From Paraspadella gotoi (taxonomy: Eukaryota; Animalia; Chaetognatha): 64,000 bases of DNA. The stretch covers positions 2,721,812-2,785,811 of the forward strand of contig CM119266.1 of the NCBI GenBank assembly GCA_051294375.1, given 5' to 3'. The notes under the pieces are model-generated. The model made no database searches, was not told where the DNA came from, and saw only the letters and a program-made list of their open reading frames with translations. Positions 43,494-56,274 of this stretch are shown here, piece by piece; position 1 is the first letter of the stretch, and every line of letters begins with the position of its first letter. The position numbers were made by a program, and so were the translations under genes.

Positions 43494-46400
43494 ATGGGGA
43501 GGAAACTGGACCTGGGCGGGTTGCAAGACTCTGAGTGCCAACACATCTTGGAGGTGATCAACCGGGACTTTAAGCTTCGCCAACTGGAGAAGGAAAGACT
43601 GGAACAGCATGAAAAGGAATTAAAGGAAGAAGCCTTGAAAACTGGTGGGTGGCAATTGCTTAATAATTAATTTTTGTTATTAATTATTAATAAAAAAAAC
43701 TTCTTTAATGTAGCCTTGCTCGAAAAACAACGCGCCTTCAACAAAAAGAACACTTGCATCAGATGCCTTGACACTTTTCCGATTTTGTCCTTTTGGAAGT
43801 TGTCCGTATGCTCCGAATGCAATTACAACGTCTGCCGGAATTGCTCAGGTGAATCAAACCCGCGGGATAAGAAAGGCGCCATCATCCGTTTATCCTAACC
43901 TTTACGCCCACAGAATTGGAGTCGCCCTCCAACAAATACACTTGCTTCATCTGCGTCAAGTCGCGCGATCTCCGCGTCCAAACTCTCACGTGGTTTTACG
44001 ACAACGTCAAGTCGCGGTTCCGTCGTTTCGGCAGCGCCAAGGTCGTCCGCTCGCTTTACAAGCGAAAGGCTCACGCCCCCACCTTGGGACTTGCGTCCGA
44101 TTCGGAGTAAGTTCGCTCGATTTGAATTTTTTTTCTTTTTTATTTTTCATTGACCATTTTTTTATTTTTCCCTATTTTAAAAACATCTGAGGTTTTCGAT
44201 CTAGTAGCCACTTAATCTCGTTTCCGCCTGTTGAAACAAGTTCTACTTTACTTAAAATGCCTTTCTTCTACCTCAATCCACAACTTCCAATCTAAAACCA
44301 CGGCTCCCATAAAATGCTATTTATTGCTTTTTATTTTCTCGACTTTTTAAAGATGTAATAATATTTTTCCTGACACAGTTAATTTTTATTACATTTTTAA
44401 CAATATTTGTGATAGTTTCCTTTGGCGCGAGTTTCCTCGGCTTCGGCCGTCTTGAACTTATTCTTGTAGGCGATGACCGTGTCTTCGCTGAGTTCCTGGG
44501 ATAAAAAAATTATCCGTGATTTGCATTAATATTACAATTAAATAGTTCTAAGAAATTTTCTCCAAACTACCTTCATCTCCTCCCGATTTAGAACGCGACC
44601 CGAATCTCGGTCGGACGATTCCCCGCCGAACGAACCTCTTTTGTCACTGATCGATCGAGTCGAAACCTCGCCTAAAACGTGGCTTGATCTCATTCGCTGG
44701 TTATTTCTCTCTCTCTCCCTCTCTTCCCCCCCTCTCTTCCCTCCCACATTCCCTCCAGTCAACGTACTGGACGTCCGCGTGATGTGCGCCGAACCGTAGA
44801 TGGCGTTCTCCAGGAACGTCTGGAACACTGGGTGATACTGCTTGGTTCGGTCCTGCACGGCGGCGCGACGATGAGGCTTCATTTCGTTGATGAAAGTCAT
44901 GAGGTTTTCCATCTCTTCGAGGATGGGCTCGATCAGTTCCGACGGGTTTCCCGTGATCTCCAACGAGTGTCGCAAGTACGTGGCTGAGTCCTGCAGAGTT
45001 TCCGATGGAGGAAAGAGGGTTAGTCAATCGGGGTTCTGCTCCTTTTGTTTTGAGGAGTGATGGGTGGGAATCACCTGAGATAGTTTTGGCTTTTTCTTCG
45101 TGTCCAGTTCCAGGCTGTTTTTCTTGAGTTCTCCGACTTTAGGTTTCGCCTGTTTAAGAATATAAAGTTAAAGAATATGGACACTTAGTAATTAACATCT
45201 AACTTACCTTGAACGTGAGAAGGTCGTTTAAGATGCTTTTCATGGTCGATGAAATTCGTGCGACGAGGGCTCCAGACTCGTGCATCACATAGTTTACATC
45301 TTCTTTTCGTTTAATCTACAATAAATAATTCGTTTAATCTACAAAAAATAAATATCAAGTTACATACTTGAATGAATAGTCTCTTGTTAATAATTTTTTG
45401 AGAATAAACGATATCAATATTGCCTGATGGTTTTTGTTTCCACCTGATTATGCAACAACTTGTGTTTTTCTTTTCCCTTCTCGTCAAAACTGTCAATTTC
45501 GTGGGAAAGATTTGCGGCCAACGCGTCGAATTGGAGGCGAAAATCCTCTCGCTGCTTCACCATTTGCATCCAACGAGTCTCCAACATTCCGGAGACATTG
45601 CGGAGGTAGAGCGTCGTGTCTTTTTGCTCTTTGAAAGCGGCAAGAATGCCATCCATTGTCTCAGCGGCCGAGCAAGCCTCAGAAAAGAGATTTTTAACTT
45701 ATTTCAGTCAGGTTAAGTCGCATTTAATTTTATATTTACTTGCAAATCTGCAAATTGTTTCAACGCCTGCTCCATCTTCGAATTCATATTTTCCTCGTAC
45801 TTCATCCTGATTATTTTGAAAGCGATGCGCCTTAAACGCGGACCACGCTGCGCGTCCGGTCCTTTAGCGCGATCCACGATGGTCTGCTTCATGCCCTTGC
45901 CTAACATCTTCAGGGCCTTGTTGGCTAGTTCCTTCTCCTGATCGTCAAGCCCCTTCGGGTGTAGTGGAGTTCGGTTACATTTTTGTATATTACCAAGATA
46001 AACAAGTTCTGAAAATTTTAACCTGAATCCGCGCCAAGAGAGAGTCGCTCAGAGCTTGACGCTGAATCTCTTCCTTGACGGATGACGTGTTTTTGTCGTA
46101 TCTTTGACGATTGCGAATGACTTCGTTCCGTCTGTTCTCTTGTTGTTCCTCAGCATCTTTAAAACGGAAATTAGTCGTTAACATCGACAGAGTTTTTTAA
46201 AAAAAATGGAACTGTGACCAAAGCCACCTCTCGTTCTAACCTTTTTTCAAATATTCCGCCATTGTTTTGATCTGGTAAAGTTCCCATTTTTCCCTATGCA
46301 CACGTTCAGCAGCGCACTCGAGATAGTCCAACTTTTTGGACATTTCCACATTTCCCTTGCGGACGATGACGATGAGCTTCTTGTAATGGCGGTGAACCGT

Positions 46401-49400
46401 TTGCGCGTGATCCGTCTGGGCTGCCTTCAGCCCGATTTCCGTGTTGAACCGTTTAATCTTCTTCATAGTGTCGTCCCTTGGACGAAGAGGGAGTGAGATG
46501 ATGGCATATTAGCCGTTCCTCTGTCACATCGACCATTTCTTCATTCTCACTTTGCCATTTCCCGGTTTGATCGTTCTTCGAATTCCTTGAGATGGTTATA
46601 CTCCACCTCCATTTTCTCGCACTGCGCTTCTTTCTTCTTCCGGCTCCAAACGAGTTTTCCGTGTTGCTTCTTTATGTTGAGGACGGTGTCGTCCATCGTG
46701 TCTACGTTTTTGTTCAGGCTCGTCCTCAAAAGAAAAAGTCCTCAGATTCAATTGGAGAAAATAATTTTTTGACTATGTACGAAGAATCATTGAACCAGTG
46801 GCTGCACCAATACATGTAAATCACTTTCTAAGTCTTAAGCTGAACTGTTACTGCGGCACTAATAACATTTTGGTACTGATAAATCAAAACCATATTATTT
46901 TTGTTTTGATATATGATACATGATTAAAATTCTTTGATCAAGACATAGAATAAGAAATAAAATAAAATAGAATAAGAAAAAAATACTTATAAAAAAATAA
47001 AAAGAATAAATAGAATAAGGTAAAAATACAAGTAAAATTTAATGGGACTGTTCATTTGTTTCAGAAAAAAAATTAAAACCTTTGTTGGATGTACAGGGTT
47101 CGGACTTAAAACTTGCCCCTCATAAAAAAAAATACTAATATTTTAACTTTTGTACAAGCACTGCAGAAGACTTGTACAAAAGTCAAAACATGTATGTATA
47201 TTAACAATAAAAGTCGTTGTTGCACAAAAAAATTCTTTTTCTCTTTAAATACAAAAGATAGAAAAATCCTTAACTATTTTTCTGCTATAAAATATAAAAC
47301 AATTTTGTAAAATATGTGCGTGTGGGAGTATCAATAAGGGGGGTGAGATTCAAGTCCAAACACTGTACTAAAATTGATTGCTCTTTTGTTTTTCAAAATG
47401 TTATCTGGTTTATTAAGACTAAAACGGGTAAAAAATTGTTATTTTGTGTAAAGCGATGCAAGTGAATATCTAGTGGGTGCAGACAGAAGAGCAGATTTCT
47501 ATAGAAAGTAAAGGGAAAATGCTCATAGTAAAGAAAGTAAGAAGCAAATCTTCCTAGTAGGAAGGAAAATTTATATAAATTAAAAAAAATTGAAAAAAGG
47601 GGATAAAATTGTACAATTTCAGTAAGTAAGTGAGCCTAATTATATTCACTACTACTTGCGATAAGTGTAGGAGGAACGCTTCCACGTTGGGAAGATTATG
47701 TCTTTGAGCTTTTCTTCGTTCTCCACCTCCTTCCATTCTCGTATCAATGCCTTGTTTTCTTTGCGCCTGAAATGAGAATCAATGAATCGCTTGTTAGAGG
47801 ATAAATGTCAAATGTCTTTCTCTAACTTTCCCGATTCCACATCTTTTTCTACTCGCCTCTCCAAAACCTCCTTCCCAGATGTCTCGACGGCGGTTTTGCC
47901 CAAATTGTGGACGGCCTTCCAATAGCGGCGTTTTAGTTTGAACTTTTCCCTCGAAGTGTCCAGCTCCGACTCGGCCGACCAATCTGGAGGGTTGTCTTTA
48001 TCCTGGAGAAAATGAAATCGTGAGGAAAAGGGAAGCAGTTTGAAGTCTATTCGTCTCAGTTTAATGTCCATATGAGTTGGCTCGTTTTCGCTCTCAGCCA
48101 CTCACGAATTTTTGCTTGGCTTTTGATACATTCGACGCCCGATTGCAGTTGACGTTGACAGACATTCTCGTCGCTTACTGTTATGTATCCTCTGGCAACG
48201 CTTTTATATAAAAACTTGTTTAAACTTATAAAGTTATACTCTCGAAAAATGGAAACAGGTTCTTCAAAATATAACAATTATAATGATTATACATTATGAA
48301 AACATCTTTCTTTTCATTTTTGCGATATCACCCTAATGCCAGAAAAGCTATCTTTGACTCGGAACAAACGCCTTTTCGCTCGGCCTGTTTTTTCTTAAAT
48401 TACAAAATGATTTTGTCTCTTCGACGAACCAAAGTGTTACCGTTCAAAAAAAAAAAAAAAAAAAAATTCGATTGCATTGTGAGTAAATTGTTCTCTCTCT
48501 CTCTCTCTCTCCCTTCCCCCTCTCTCACCCTTCCCCCTCTCTCCGCCTCCCTCCCACTCTCACAAAGAACGAACCCCGACACTTTTGCGGTTTCGTCGAA
48601 CGACCTCTCTTCGGCTTTGGATCCGGCCGAGTTCGATTTCCCCCTCACACCCTCTGTCTCTCGTCACATCGAACGGTTCCGCGTGAGTTTGGCGATTATT
48701 CGGATTATCCAAATTTAATCTTTTGTGTTATTAACTAATATGGGTTAATTTTACTTTCGCCGACCGGGGATTAGGGTTTAGGGTAATTAGTGTTAAGAAC
48801 ATTCAACATGCTGATGAAGGCTCGAATTAAAGAGCCGAAACATGTACTGTTTTAATAACAATAAAAATCGTTGTCTCTGCAATTTAAAATATTTCCTTAA
48901 ATTCAAACTCGAAAAGAGAGAAAAAATATAAATTTTTTTAACTAAATATTTTTAAATTTTTTTTTAAAAAAAGACGCTAAAACCCCGGTCGGCGAAAGTA
49001 AAATTTTACTACTAATATAATTTCTAATCTCTCTTTTATTTCTCCCTTCCACCAGGATAACTCTCGTTCAACTATCGAGGATCTTCGAGAGGCTTTGGCG
49101 GATTTCCTCACGGACGATGACTTCGAAAGCGACAGATTCAAACGGATGCTCTACACTTTCTCCCTCAAGTTCGCCGGGATCATCAAGCGGCTCGTCGACG
49201 GTTTGGAAACGGACATAAGCACCGACGAAAATGACAACTCCAAGGACTTGGTAAGTTCGTTCATTTATGAGTTAAGAAGAAAGATAACATACACAAATCT
49301 TAAATGGTTAGGCCCGTCAAGTGGCGATGAAGGAAGTGGACTCCATGATGGGCGTGGACATGTTGGCGGCGGACGAGGGAATCGTCTCTCGGCACGACGA

Positions 49401-52306
49401 GGAGGTTGACCAGTATGTGGGCGAAGTCATGGTTTACAAGGTTCGTCTCTCAATATTTATCGGTTGATCGCTTGTTTTTGATGTATAAATTTTTTATTTG
49501 TACGTAAGTATTACCTAAGCCGATTCATGCCGAATCGAGGTGAGCTCTCTACAATAAATTCCGCTCATCAATTCATTCGCTAATTATTTCTGTGTCATCC
49601 ATTCATTAGCTCATTCATTCGCCCATCAGGTGATGAACGACTTTAAGCAAGAGGCGGCCGAGTACTGCGCCGGCCTCGACGACGAAGACGAGGACGCCTC
49701 TGGACAGAAAGGCGACGGGGCCGATTTTGGGGATATGGAAGCGCGATATGTGGGTGAGTTAAGCTTCCGCGTCTCTTGAGTTTCTCGAATTTACTTACCA
49801 CAGGCTTCCATCATGATTCTTCCTATTTTATCCAGACGTTCTGAACCGAACCGCCCCCCTCCCTTCCTTCGGGACAATCGATTTCGAAGACGACGCCGCC
49901 TTCGACGCTCCCTTCAACGACAACATCGTCTTCGGCGCCTCGAAACCTCGCAGAACGAGCGACGCCGAGTCCGAGACGACGGCCGCTCTCGCCGCGCGAG
50001 ACCTCGAGGCCATCTTGGAGGCGTTGCCGGAAGCGGCCGTCGACGACTCGACGTCGATCGAAGCGCCCTCCGGCCGAATCCATTACGTCCCGACCAGCGA
50101 CAACGAATTGGCGGACATTCCCGAAGAAGAGGAGGAAGAAGAAGCGGCGTCACTCAACGAACGCCGCGACTCAGCAGACGGCGCCCACGACTCCAGCAAC
50201 GACGTTTTTTTCAGCGCCGGCAGCGCCGATCCTTCTCGCTCTAGCGGTGGCCTCACCGCTTCTCGCCTCTTCGACACCTCCGCCATGTATGTCCCGGAAA
50301 CGGAGCGTCCTCTCTACGCGCGCATCGGCAGCCGAGACGCCCTCAACTACCCAGAGAGCTTCGACAACGGCTCCTTGTCGCGAGCGTCTTCGATAGACGA
50401 TGCGGATTTCGACGTCCTCGGCGCCCCCAACGCCGCCGACGAACTCAAGGCGCTTAGTAGCGAGATTGTGCAACGATTTTCTCGCTTGGATCGACTCTCC
50501 TCCGGCGAAGAAGATGCGTCGTCGTCTCCGCGCGTCGTCGACGATCGCCGATCGACGCCTCCCGTCGCCCGCGTTTCCAATCCCGAGTGCGAAGATCCCA
50601 AGTTCCTCGTCGCGCCCCTCGACGCCGACGTCCGTCGCGGCGAGATGGCGCTCTTCGATTGCGTCGTCGCCGGAACGCAGCCGCTGGACGTGTTTTGGTA
50701 CGCGCCGCAGACCGACGACTCAATCGGCGAAGAGCTGGAGGAGAGTGTCAAACACGGCGTCGAGATCGAGCGGATGGGAATCTCCGAGCGACGTCACCGT
50801 CTTCGGGTCTTCGACGTGAGCGAGGCCGACGCCGGTCAATACTCCTGCGTTTGCGTCAACGACGCCGGAACGAACGCCGCTTTCTTTCGCCTCGACGCCC
50901 GCCCCAACCGGCGTAAATTTCGGGCGCCAGAGTTTGAGGAGGAGCTGATGGACGTGGAGGCCATAGAGGGCGACGACGTGACGCTGCGGTGCCGGGTTCG
51001 AGGCTACCCGCAGCCACGCGTCATTTTCGAGCGTAGCGGGCGGCTCGTTGAGCGAGGGGAGCGGACGTCGAAGGAGGAACCGGAAGAGGGGGTTCACGTC
51101 CTCGTCATGCGTGACGTTGGGCGCTCCGCAGACGACCGCTACTTAGCGGTAGCAGTCAACGCCGAGGGGAAAGCGGAATCCGCCGCGGAAGTGACGGTGG
51201 ATAAGAAACCGATGTCGCCAAGGCCGATAACCGTCAAACCGCCAACCCCAACCTCTCCATCCAAGTTTCGCTCGTTTTCGCCGCTGGGCCGAGACAACGA
51301 CGAGCTCGTGACCGTCGTGGGCGCGGCGAGGAATCTTTCTCTTCCCGCTAAGAAGTTTGAAAAGGAACAAGTTGTGGACGAGGTGGCAGCCTTTGCCACC
51401 CCTTCAGCCGCCGTCGAGAACGTGGAAGTGGCGCCTCCACGGAGGGAAGCTTACCATTCCAAGCCGGTCGCGGCGCCGCGGGCAAAGCCCCCCATTCCTG
51501 CTCCCGTCAATGCGATGCCAGCCGCTAAATCTGCACTAGCGTCGAANNNNNNNNNNCCAGCCCCTCCCACAACTTCGACTCAATCCGTCGACCCTCTGGA
51601 CTTTCTCCGTCCCAAAATGACGGCGCGTCCCAAGTCTTCTGGTAATTTCGTGGAGATGCAGGAAGGCGCGGATCTTCCCGGCACCGAGGATCTCCGGCGA
51701 TCCGGCTCCAAGGACTCTTCATATTTCCACCGGCGCGATTACTACGTCAACCGAGCTGAGCGAAGCGATGACCCTCCCCGTCCGTCGTCCTCCTACGATC
51801 GACGATCGTCTCGGGATCTCTACGACCCGGCGTCGTCCCTCTCGTCTCGGCGAGACAGCGGCGACGGGGCTTCGCTGACGTCGCCCGTTTCGTCTCCTCG
51901 GGCGTCATCGGCCGCGGAACCGACGGCCACTTCATCCGCGGCGGCCTCCTTCAAGAAGGCAATGCCCTCGGTGAAGGAGCTGTCGGCGATGTTCGATCGT
52001 CGCGTTGAGTCCAAACCCGTTGACCAGCTGCTCCGCTTCGGCAGCATCACGGCGCGGAGTCTGCCGAAGAAGGGGCGAGATTTTTTTCAAGATGTCGTCC
52101 GACCGGCGTCTTCGGCGGCGCCGATCGTTGGCCCCAACGCAGGCTCCTCCGTTCCTTCATCGTTGAGGTCCTCCTTCGGCAGCATCGGGGGAACAAACGC
52201 ATCCAGCGTCGACGGAGATCACGACCCCTCGAGCAGGTCGACGCCGGATGGCGCCAGCTTTGCCGGGGAAGAAGAAGAGGAGAGGGAGAGCATCGTCTTT
52301 GTTTGA
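43494..52306 (+). CDS. MYRIP: MyRIP/melanophilin-like Rab effector with C-terminal tandem Ig (I-set) domains, 8 exons (joined model)
   Basis: MGRKLDLGGL, Zn-finger CIRC/CSEC/CRNC/CFIC and WFYDNVKSRFRRFGSAKVVRSLY. Phase-compatible splicing to exons from 48568. Ig domains PKFL...DAGQYSC and APEF...CRVRGYPQPRV. A 10-N gap lies inside the last exon. Confidence 0.7.
44397..48165 (-). CDS. Coiled-coil protein, CCDC151/ODAD3- or CCDC183-like, nested antisense in the MyRIP intron
   Basis: Chain of minus-strand exons with heptad-rich content (e.g. IKRFNTEIGLKAAQTDHAQTVHRHYKKLI). ATG at 48165 with a GTGAGT donor; stop at 44397. Family assignment is tentative. Confidence 0.55.
48742..49010. mobile_element. 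MITE with telomere-like repeats (GG termini, 8-bp TSD; Merlin-like)
   Basis: TIRs AATTTTACTTTCGCCGACCGGGG (48747-48769) / CCCCGGTCGGCGAAAGTAAAATT (48983-49005); ACTAATAT on both flanks; internal TTAGGG-like units. Confidence 0.75.
48805..48851 (+). ncRNA. Minimal type I hammerhead ribozyme (Penelope-associated type)
   Basis: CTGATGA-A-GGCTC[gaattaaa]GAGCC-GAAA-CATG-TA; palindromic ACATGT stem III; AATAAA downstream; stem I weak. Confidence 0.7.
51547..51556. other. Assembly gap (10 N); second gap at 61954-61963
   Basis: Literal N runs. Confidence 1.
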
Positions 52307-52623
52307 GGGGGGGGAATGTGAGAAAGGAGAGGACAAGACTAGGAGCGCTCTCTAAAATGAGGCGGAATGTGAGAAAGGAGAGGGGAAGACTAGAAGCGCT
52401 CTCTATTGAGGTGGGAATGTGAGAAAGGAGAGGGGGAAGACCCTAGGAGCGCTCTCCTAATTGAGGGGTGGGAATGTGATAAAGGAGAGGGAAAGACTAG
52501 GAGCGTCTCTTAATTGGAGGGGGGAATGTGAGAAAGGAGAGGGAAAGACAAGGAGCGCTCTCTAATTGAGGGGTGGAAGCGTGAGAAAGGAGAGGGGAAG
52601 ACTAAGAGCGCTCTCTAATTTGA
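52304..52623. repeat. Purine-rich minisatellite, ~6 copies of a ~52-56-bp unit
   Basis: GAGGGGGGAATGTGAGAAAGGAGAGGGGAAGACTAGGAGCGCTCTCTAATT repeated. Confidence 0.9.
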
Positions 52624-53274
52624 GATAGCTCACATCTATGGCGGTCTTGGTTGGTTCAGAATATAAAACGTGCAAGAAGAGTTTAATAGAAACAACGATA
52701 AATGGTGCTAGTTTTCTTCCTTTGGAAAGGGTCGGCGAAGTACACTTTATTACAGTCGTGACTTAAACTCAAAACAGCCACTGACAGATCGTGGCTTTTA
52801 AAATTTCCCCAAGTTGTCTGCAATGTTATTAAATTGTTTTCGGGTAGGTTTTTGTGCAACGCGGAATTTTAAAAGATCTGTAATGTAACGTTTTTCGATA
52901 ATTCGATCGATTAAGATCGAATGCGAAATATCGGAGTCTTTATTCTTGACAAATTTTGGTGAATGGTTGTTAACTTAAATTCGTATTTATGAGTTTTCCA
53001 CAGAATATGTGTTTGGTTGGTGCGTTAATAAGGTTTTGTACACTATCTCAGATAATGCAGTATTTTTTTCCTTTAGATAACCTTACAATATTATTTTTTC
53101 AATCTTATATGAAGATTTATGCTTGGAGACAATCACTACTCCTTTTTTTGATTGGTGCCAAATTGCGGTTGTGACATATGATTTCATTCGAAATCTGATT
53201 TTCAAAATTGGTGGAGGGACGTGTTTAATCGAGAAAATGTATTTTTAGACTATAATCCTGCTTCTATCATAAAC

Positions 53275-53568
53275 GGTAAACGATCTTCCCGGTCGGTGAT
53301 TTAAAAAAAACAAACAAAAACAATGGTTTTTCAAAAATTACCCCAACCACCTTTGACCGTAACTACCCTTAACCCTAACTAACCCTAACCACCTTTAACC
53401 CTAACCACCCCTAACCATAACTAAACTTAACCACCCTTAACCCTAAATACCCATAACCTTAACCAAACCTTTCTTTTTTACGTCAAATATCAAACCATGG
53501 TAATGATATATGCAAATAGAAAAATAACCGACCGGCTTGGTTCCCGTCGGCGAAACTACAATTATGCC
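53275..53568. mobile_element. Related MITE copy with degenerate (CCCTAA)n core
   Basis: CCGGTCGGT...ACCGACCGG inverted repeats, terminal GTCGGCGAAACTACAATTATGCC, CCCTAA/CCTTAA array at ~53340-53470. Confidence 0.6.
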
Positions 53569-54716
53569 TGTCATTCAGTGAAGTAAAGAATATCTACAAG
53601 CTTGAGATAACCATAATTTTCCTTTGTTACGATAAGATTAAACTCGGTTTATCATTAAATTAAGGTTTTATTAAAACTGCGTTGTTGTTAGGAGTTCCGT
53701 TCAATGTCGGTTTTTCTTTTTCAAGCCCCATTTCTGTAGTGTCGCGTCTAGTCATCCAAATTTCGCTCTTTATCAGCACAAACAAGTGCGAAATATACTC
53801 AATTCATATTATGCGATTACTATTCAAATTTCAATGTATTATTGTTGCGTTGGCTTTTCAGGATTCATGTTATATCGTTTTTTTCGGTACTTATTTACTC
53901 GATCTCTTTCTCATTACCTTTACGCAAATCAAAAAAACTATATAAAGAAAAAAAAACGATTACTTGCAAAAAATGATTTTAGCACTTTATTTTCGGTTAT
54001 TATTATTATTAACTCGTCTTTTTGCATCTTTATACTTTTTGGATCTTTTATTTAGGCTAAAAACGGAAAACGTCGTCGGAACAGATAACTTTCTCACCTT
54101 ATTAGTTCAAGAAACTTGAAATTGAATGAATTCTTTGGAAGTTGGACTGGAAAGGTCGATCAATGATCTTCGAACATTAATCTCTCGGCTGGTTGTTTCG
54201 TCGCGGTAGCGAGTTTCCACCGATGTAAACTTTTGGACTCGATGTACCAAGGCCGTTTTACATTTTGTCTATTCGTCATTTGCTGTTGTTCTAGTATAAT
54301 GTTCGTACAATAATATTATGAATCGATTAATATCCATTGGAACTGTTAATCTTTTGATTAAAATACATTGAAATTCAACCTTATTTTCTATATTCATTTA
54401 AGTAAAACGGCTAAAAAATAATTACAGTAGTTACTTGACATTAAAAGTAAGGAGTAGATTATATTTGGCATAAGATTTGCTTAGTGAGCTACATAGCGAA
54501 TTCACTTTAAAAAACAAGGTATCTAGCTGTGATTGGTCAATGTAAAAAAAACCAAGGCAAGGGCGGCTTATTCAAAGATCGATTTTATAATACGACAATA
54601 TATCTTCAAATAGTGGTTTGTCCATAAACCTCGCGCGAAATAACAATAAAATAGATTGTCTCCATCAAACATCCTTTAATATCCAGCCGACAACCGAAGC
54701 AAAATTAACCCACCCT

Positions 54717-55199
54717 CTATCCACGCAGGCTTCCTTCCTTCCGGAGCCTGTAGACAGCAAAGACAGTCTTGCACGTTCTAAAGGCCTCCTTGTGCCGATG
54801 CCCCCTCTGACATTGCACCTTGCAGAGTCGGTGCGTCGGGTAGCTCACAAAAGGTTCACAATAGTTGCACATGACGGCGCAAAAGATTTTGCGGTGAGTG
54901 AAAGTGGCGGCATTTCCTCGGCCTGGCGCCGCGCCTTTCGTCGAAATAAGCGTTGCAATTTTCGCCATCGATTTGTGTCGGAGGCCGTGGAGAGGGATGG
55001 GACGACGACCTCTTCCGGGGGATGAGGGGAAGGCGTTGACGAGGTTTTGGAAAAGGTGGAGGATGATGAGGACGAAAAAGAAGGCTGCAATAAGACGATG
55101 GGGTCGTGAGCTTTTGATGATGAGATGATGGTTTGAGTGCGGGTGGACGTCGCAAGAACGATAGGGAGAACAGTCGACATAGTCCGCTTGGCGAGGCAT
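54717..55199 (-). CDS. Secreted six-cysteine neuropeptide precursor, eclosion-hormone-like
   Basis: Hydrophobic signal LIAAFFFVLIILHLFQNLVNA, RGRR convertase site, C-x3-C-x2-C-x11-C-x3-C-x12-C domain and C-terminal Gly. The ORF is open to 55487, so the start is uncertain. Confidence 0.6.
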   Translation of the reverse strand: MPRQADYVDCSPYRSCDVHPHSNHHLIIKSSRPHRLIAAFFFVLIILHLFQNLVNAFPSSPGRGRRPIPLHGLRHKSMAKIATLISTKGAAPGRGNAATFTHRKIFCAVMCNYCEPFVSYPTHRLCKVQCQRGHRHKEAFRTCKTVFAVYRLRKEGSLRG

Positions 55200-55576
55200 T
55201 TGGCAGAGAGTCCAAGAGTTCTGAGGTTCCGTGTGAGAATTTAGTAAATACGCTTGGAATTGTGAGCTTATAAATTTGGATCCTTCAGAGTCGTCGAAGC
55301 CGTGGAGGGCGGAAAACTGGGCTGATCCGCATCTTGAGCGGAAACTTGGACGGAACTCTCGAATCCCTCGACGAACCCAATTAATAAATCGTAGCGGGAG
55401 ATCGTCTAAGGACCTCTCATCGCTGACTTTCCGGGGATCATTGTTGAGTATCATATTCACTGACGAGGGTCCAGAGTGGAGGATCATCTTCGAGGGTCGA
55501 AGATCATAGCAATTGGGGGAAAAAAATTAATATTTTCGTTTGTCGTCAAAGACTTGGAAAAAAAAATGTGTTGCTC

Positions 55577-55690
55577 TATTTATAGGAGCGAGTCACGACG
55601 CGATTCTTTCTCTCTTCTCTCTCTCCTCTCTCTCCTCTGACGCCAAATTCCTCGTTTTCTTCTTCTGACGAAATTTCTTCGCGATGACTC
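55577..55690 (-). promoter_or_regulatory. TATA box with upstream CRE/AP-1 half-sites for the EH-like gene
   Basis: TATAAATA on the - strand (55584-55577); TGACG at ~55638 and ~55666; GAGTCA/TGACTC nearby. Confidence 0.45.
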
Positions 55691-56274
55691 CTGAGCGATT
55701 ATATCTCGAGATCGAGGGTGAAGTGGCTTCTATTTGTGCGTGGGAGACTTCGTACGAGGTCGTGTTAGGTTTAAAGAGACCTCGCCTGTCTTTCGTTTGG
55801 GCGCGTCTGTTTGCGCTCTCTCCGTCTCTCCAAATAGGAAAACTCTCCTTTCCAAAATTCCATCCATTTCGTCGGAGGATTTAATTTTCGCGTCATCTGA
55901 TCTTTTTCGATCCCAGAACGGGGAACCCCCTCGGGTGACGAAATAAAGGACTTTGTGGAAAGCCGCGACGTTCTTAATCGGTCACGTGCGGATGCATTAA
56001 CCTCACTTCTTTGTATAAATGTTAAATATATATTTGTATAAATGTTAAATATATATTTTTTTTAATTTTGAAATCCAATCATTATTTTAATGAACGTTAA
56101 ATTTTCTGCACATGTCCCAGAATTTTCGTTTCGTTGTTTTTCAAAAATTATGCGTTCGATAGACATGTGCCAGTATGTAGTGTAGCCTCTATTAAAATTT
56201 TACATTTTTTAAATTCTTGTGTTTCATGAAATTCTTGTAGTAAAAATTCCTCAGCGAAATCGAATATAATTTTT

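Noticed and set aside
51547-51556. Continuous 763-aa reading frame across the N run; both gaps preceded by TCGAA
   Set aside because: Gap length is a placeholder, so frame continuity is unproven; the shared flank is likely an assembly artefact or chance.
53340-53470. True telomere or chromosome-fusion scar
   Set aside because: Repeats are short, degenerate and enclosed by MITE inverted repeats in several copies.
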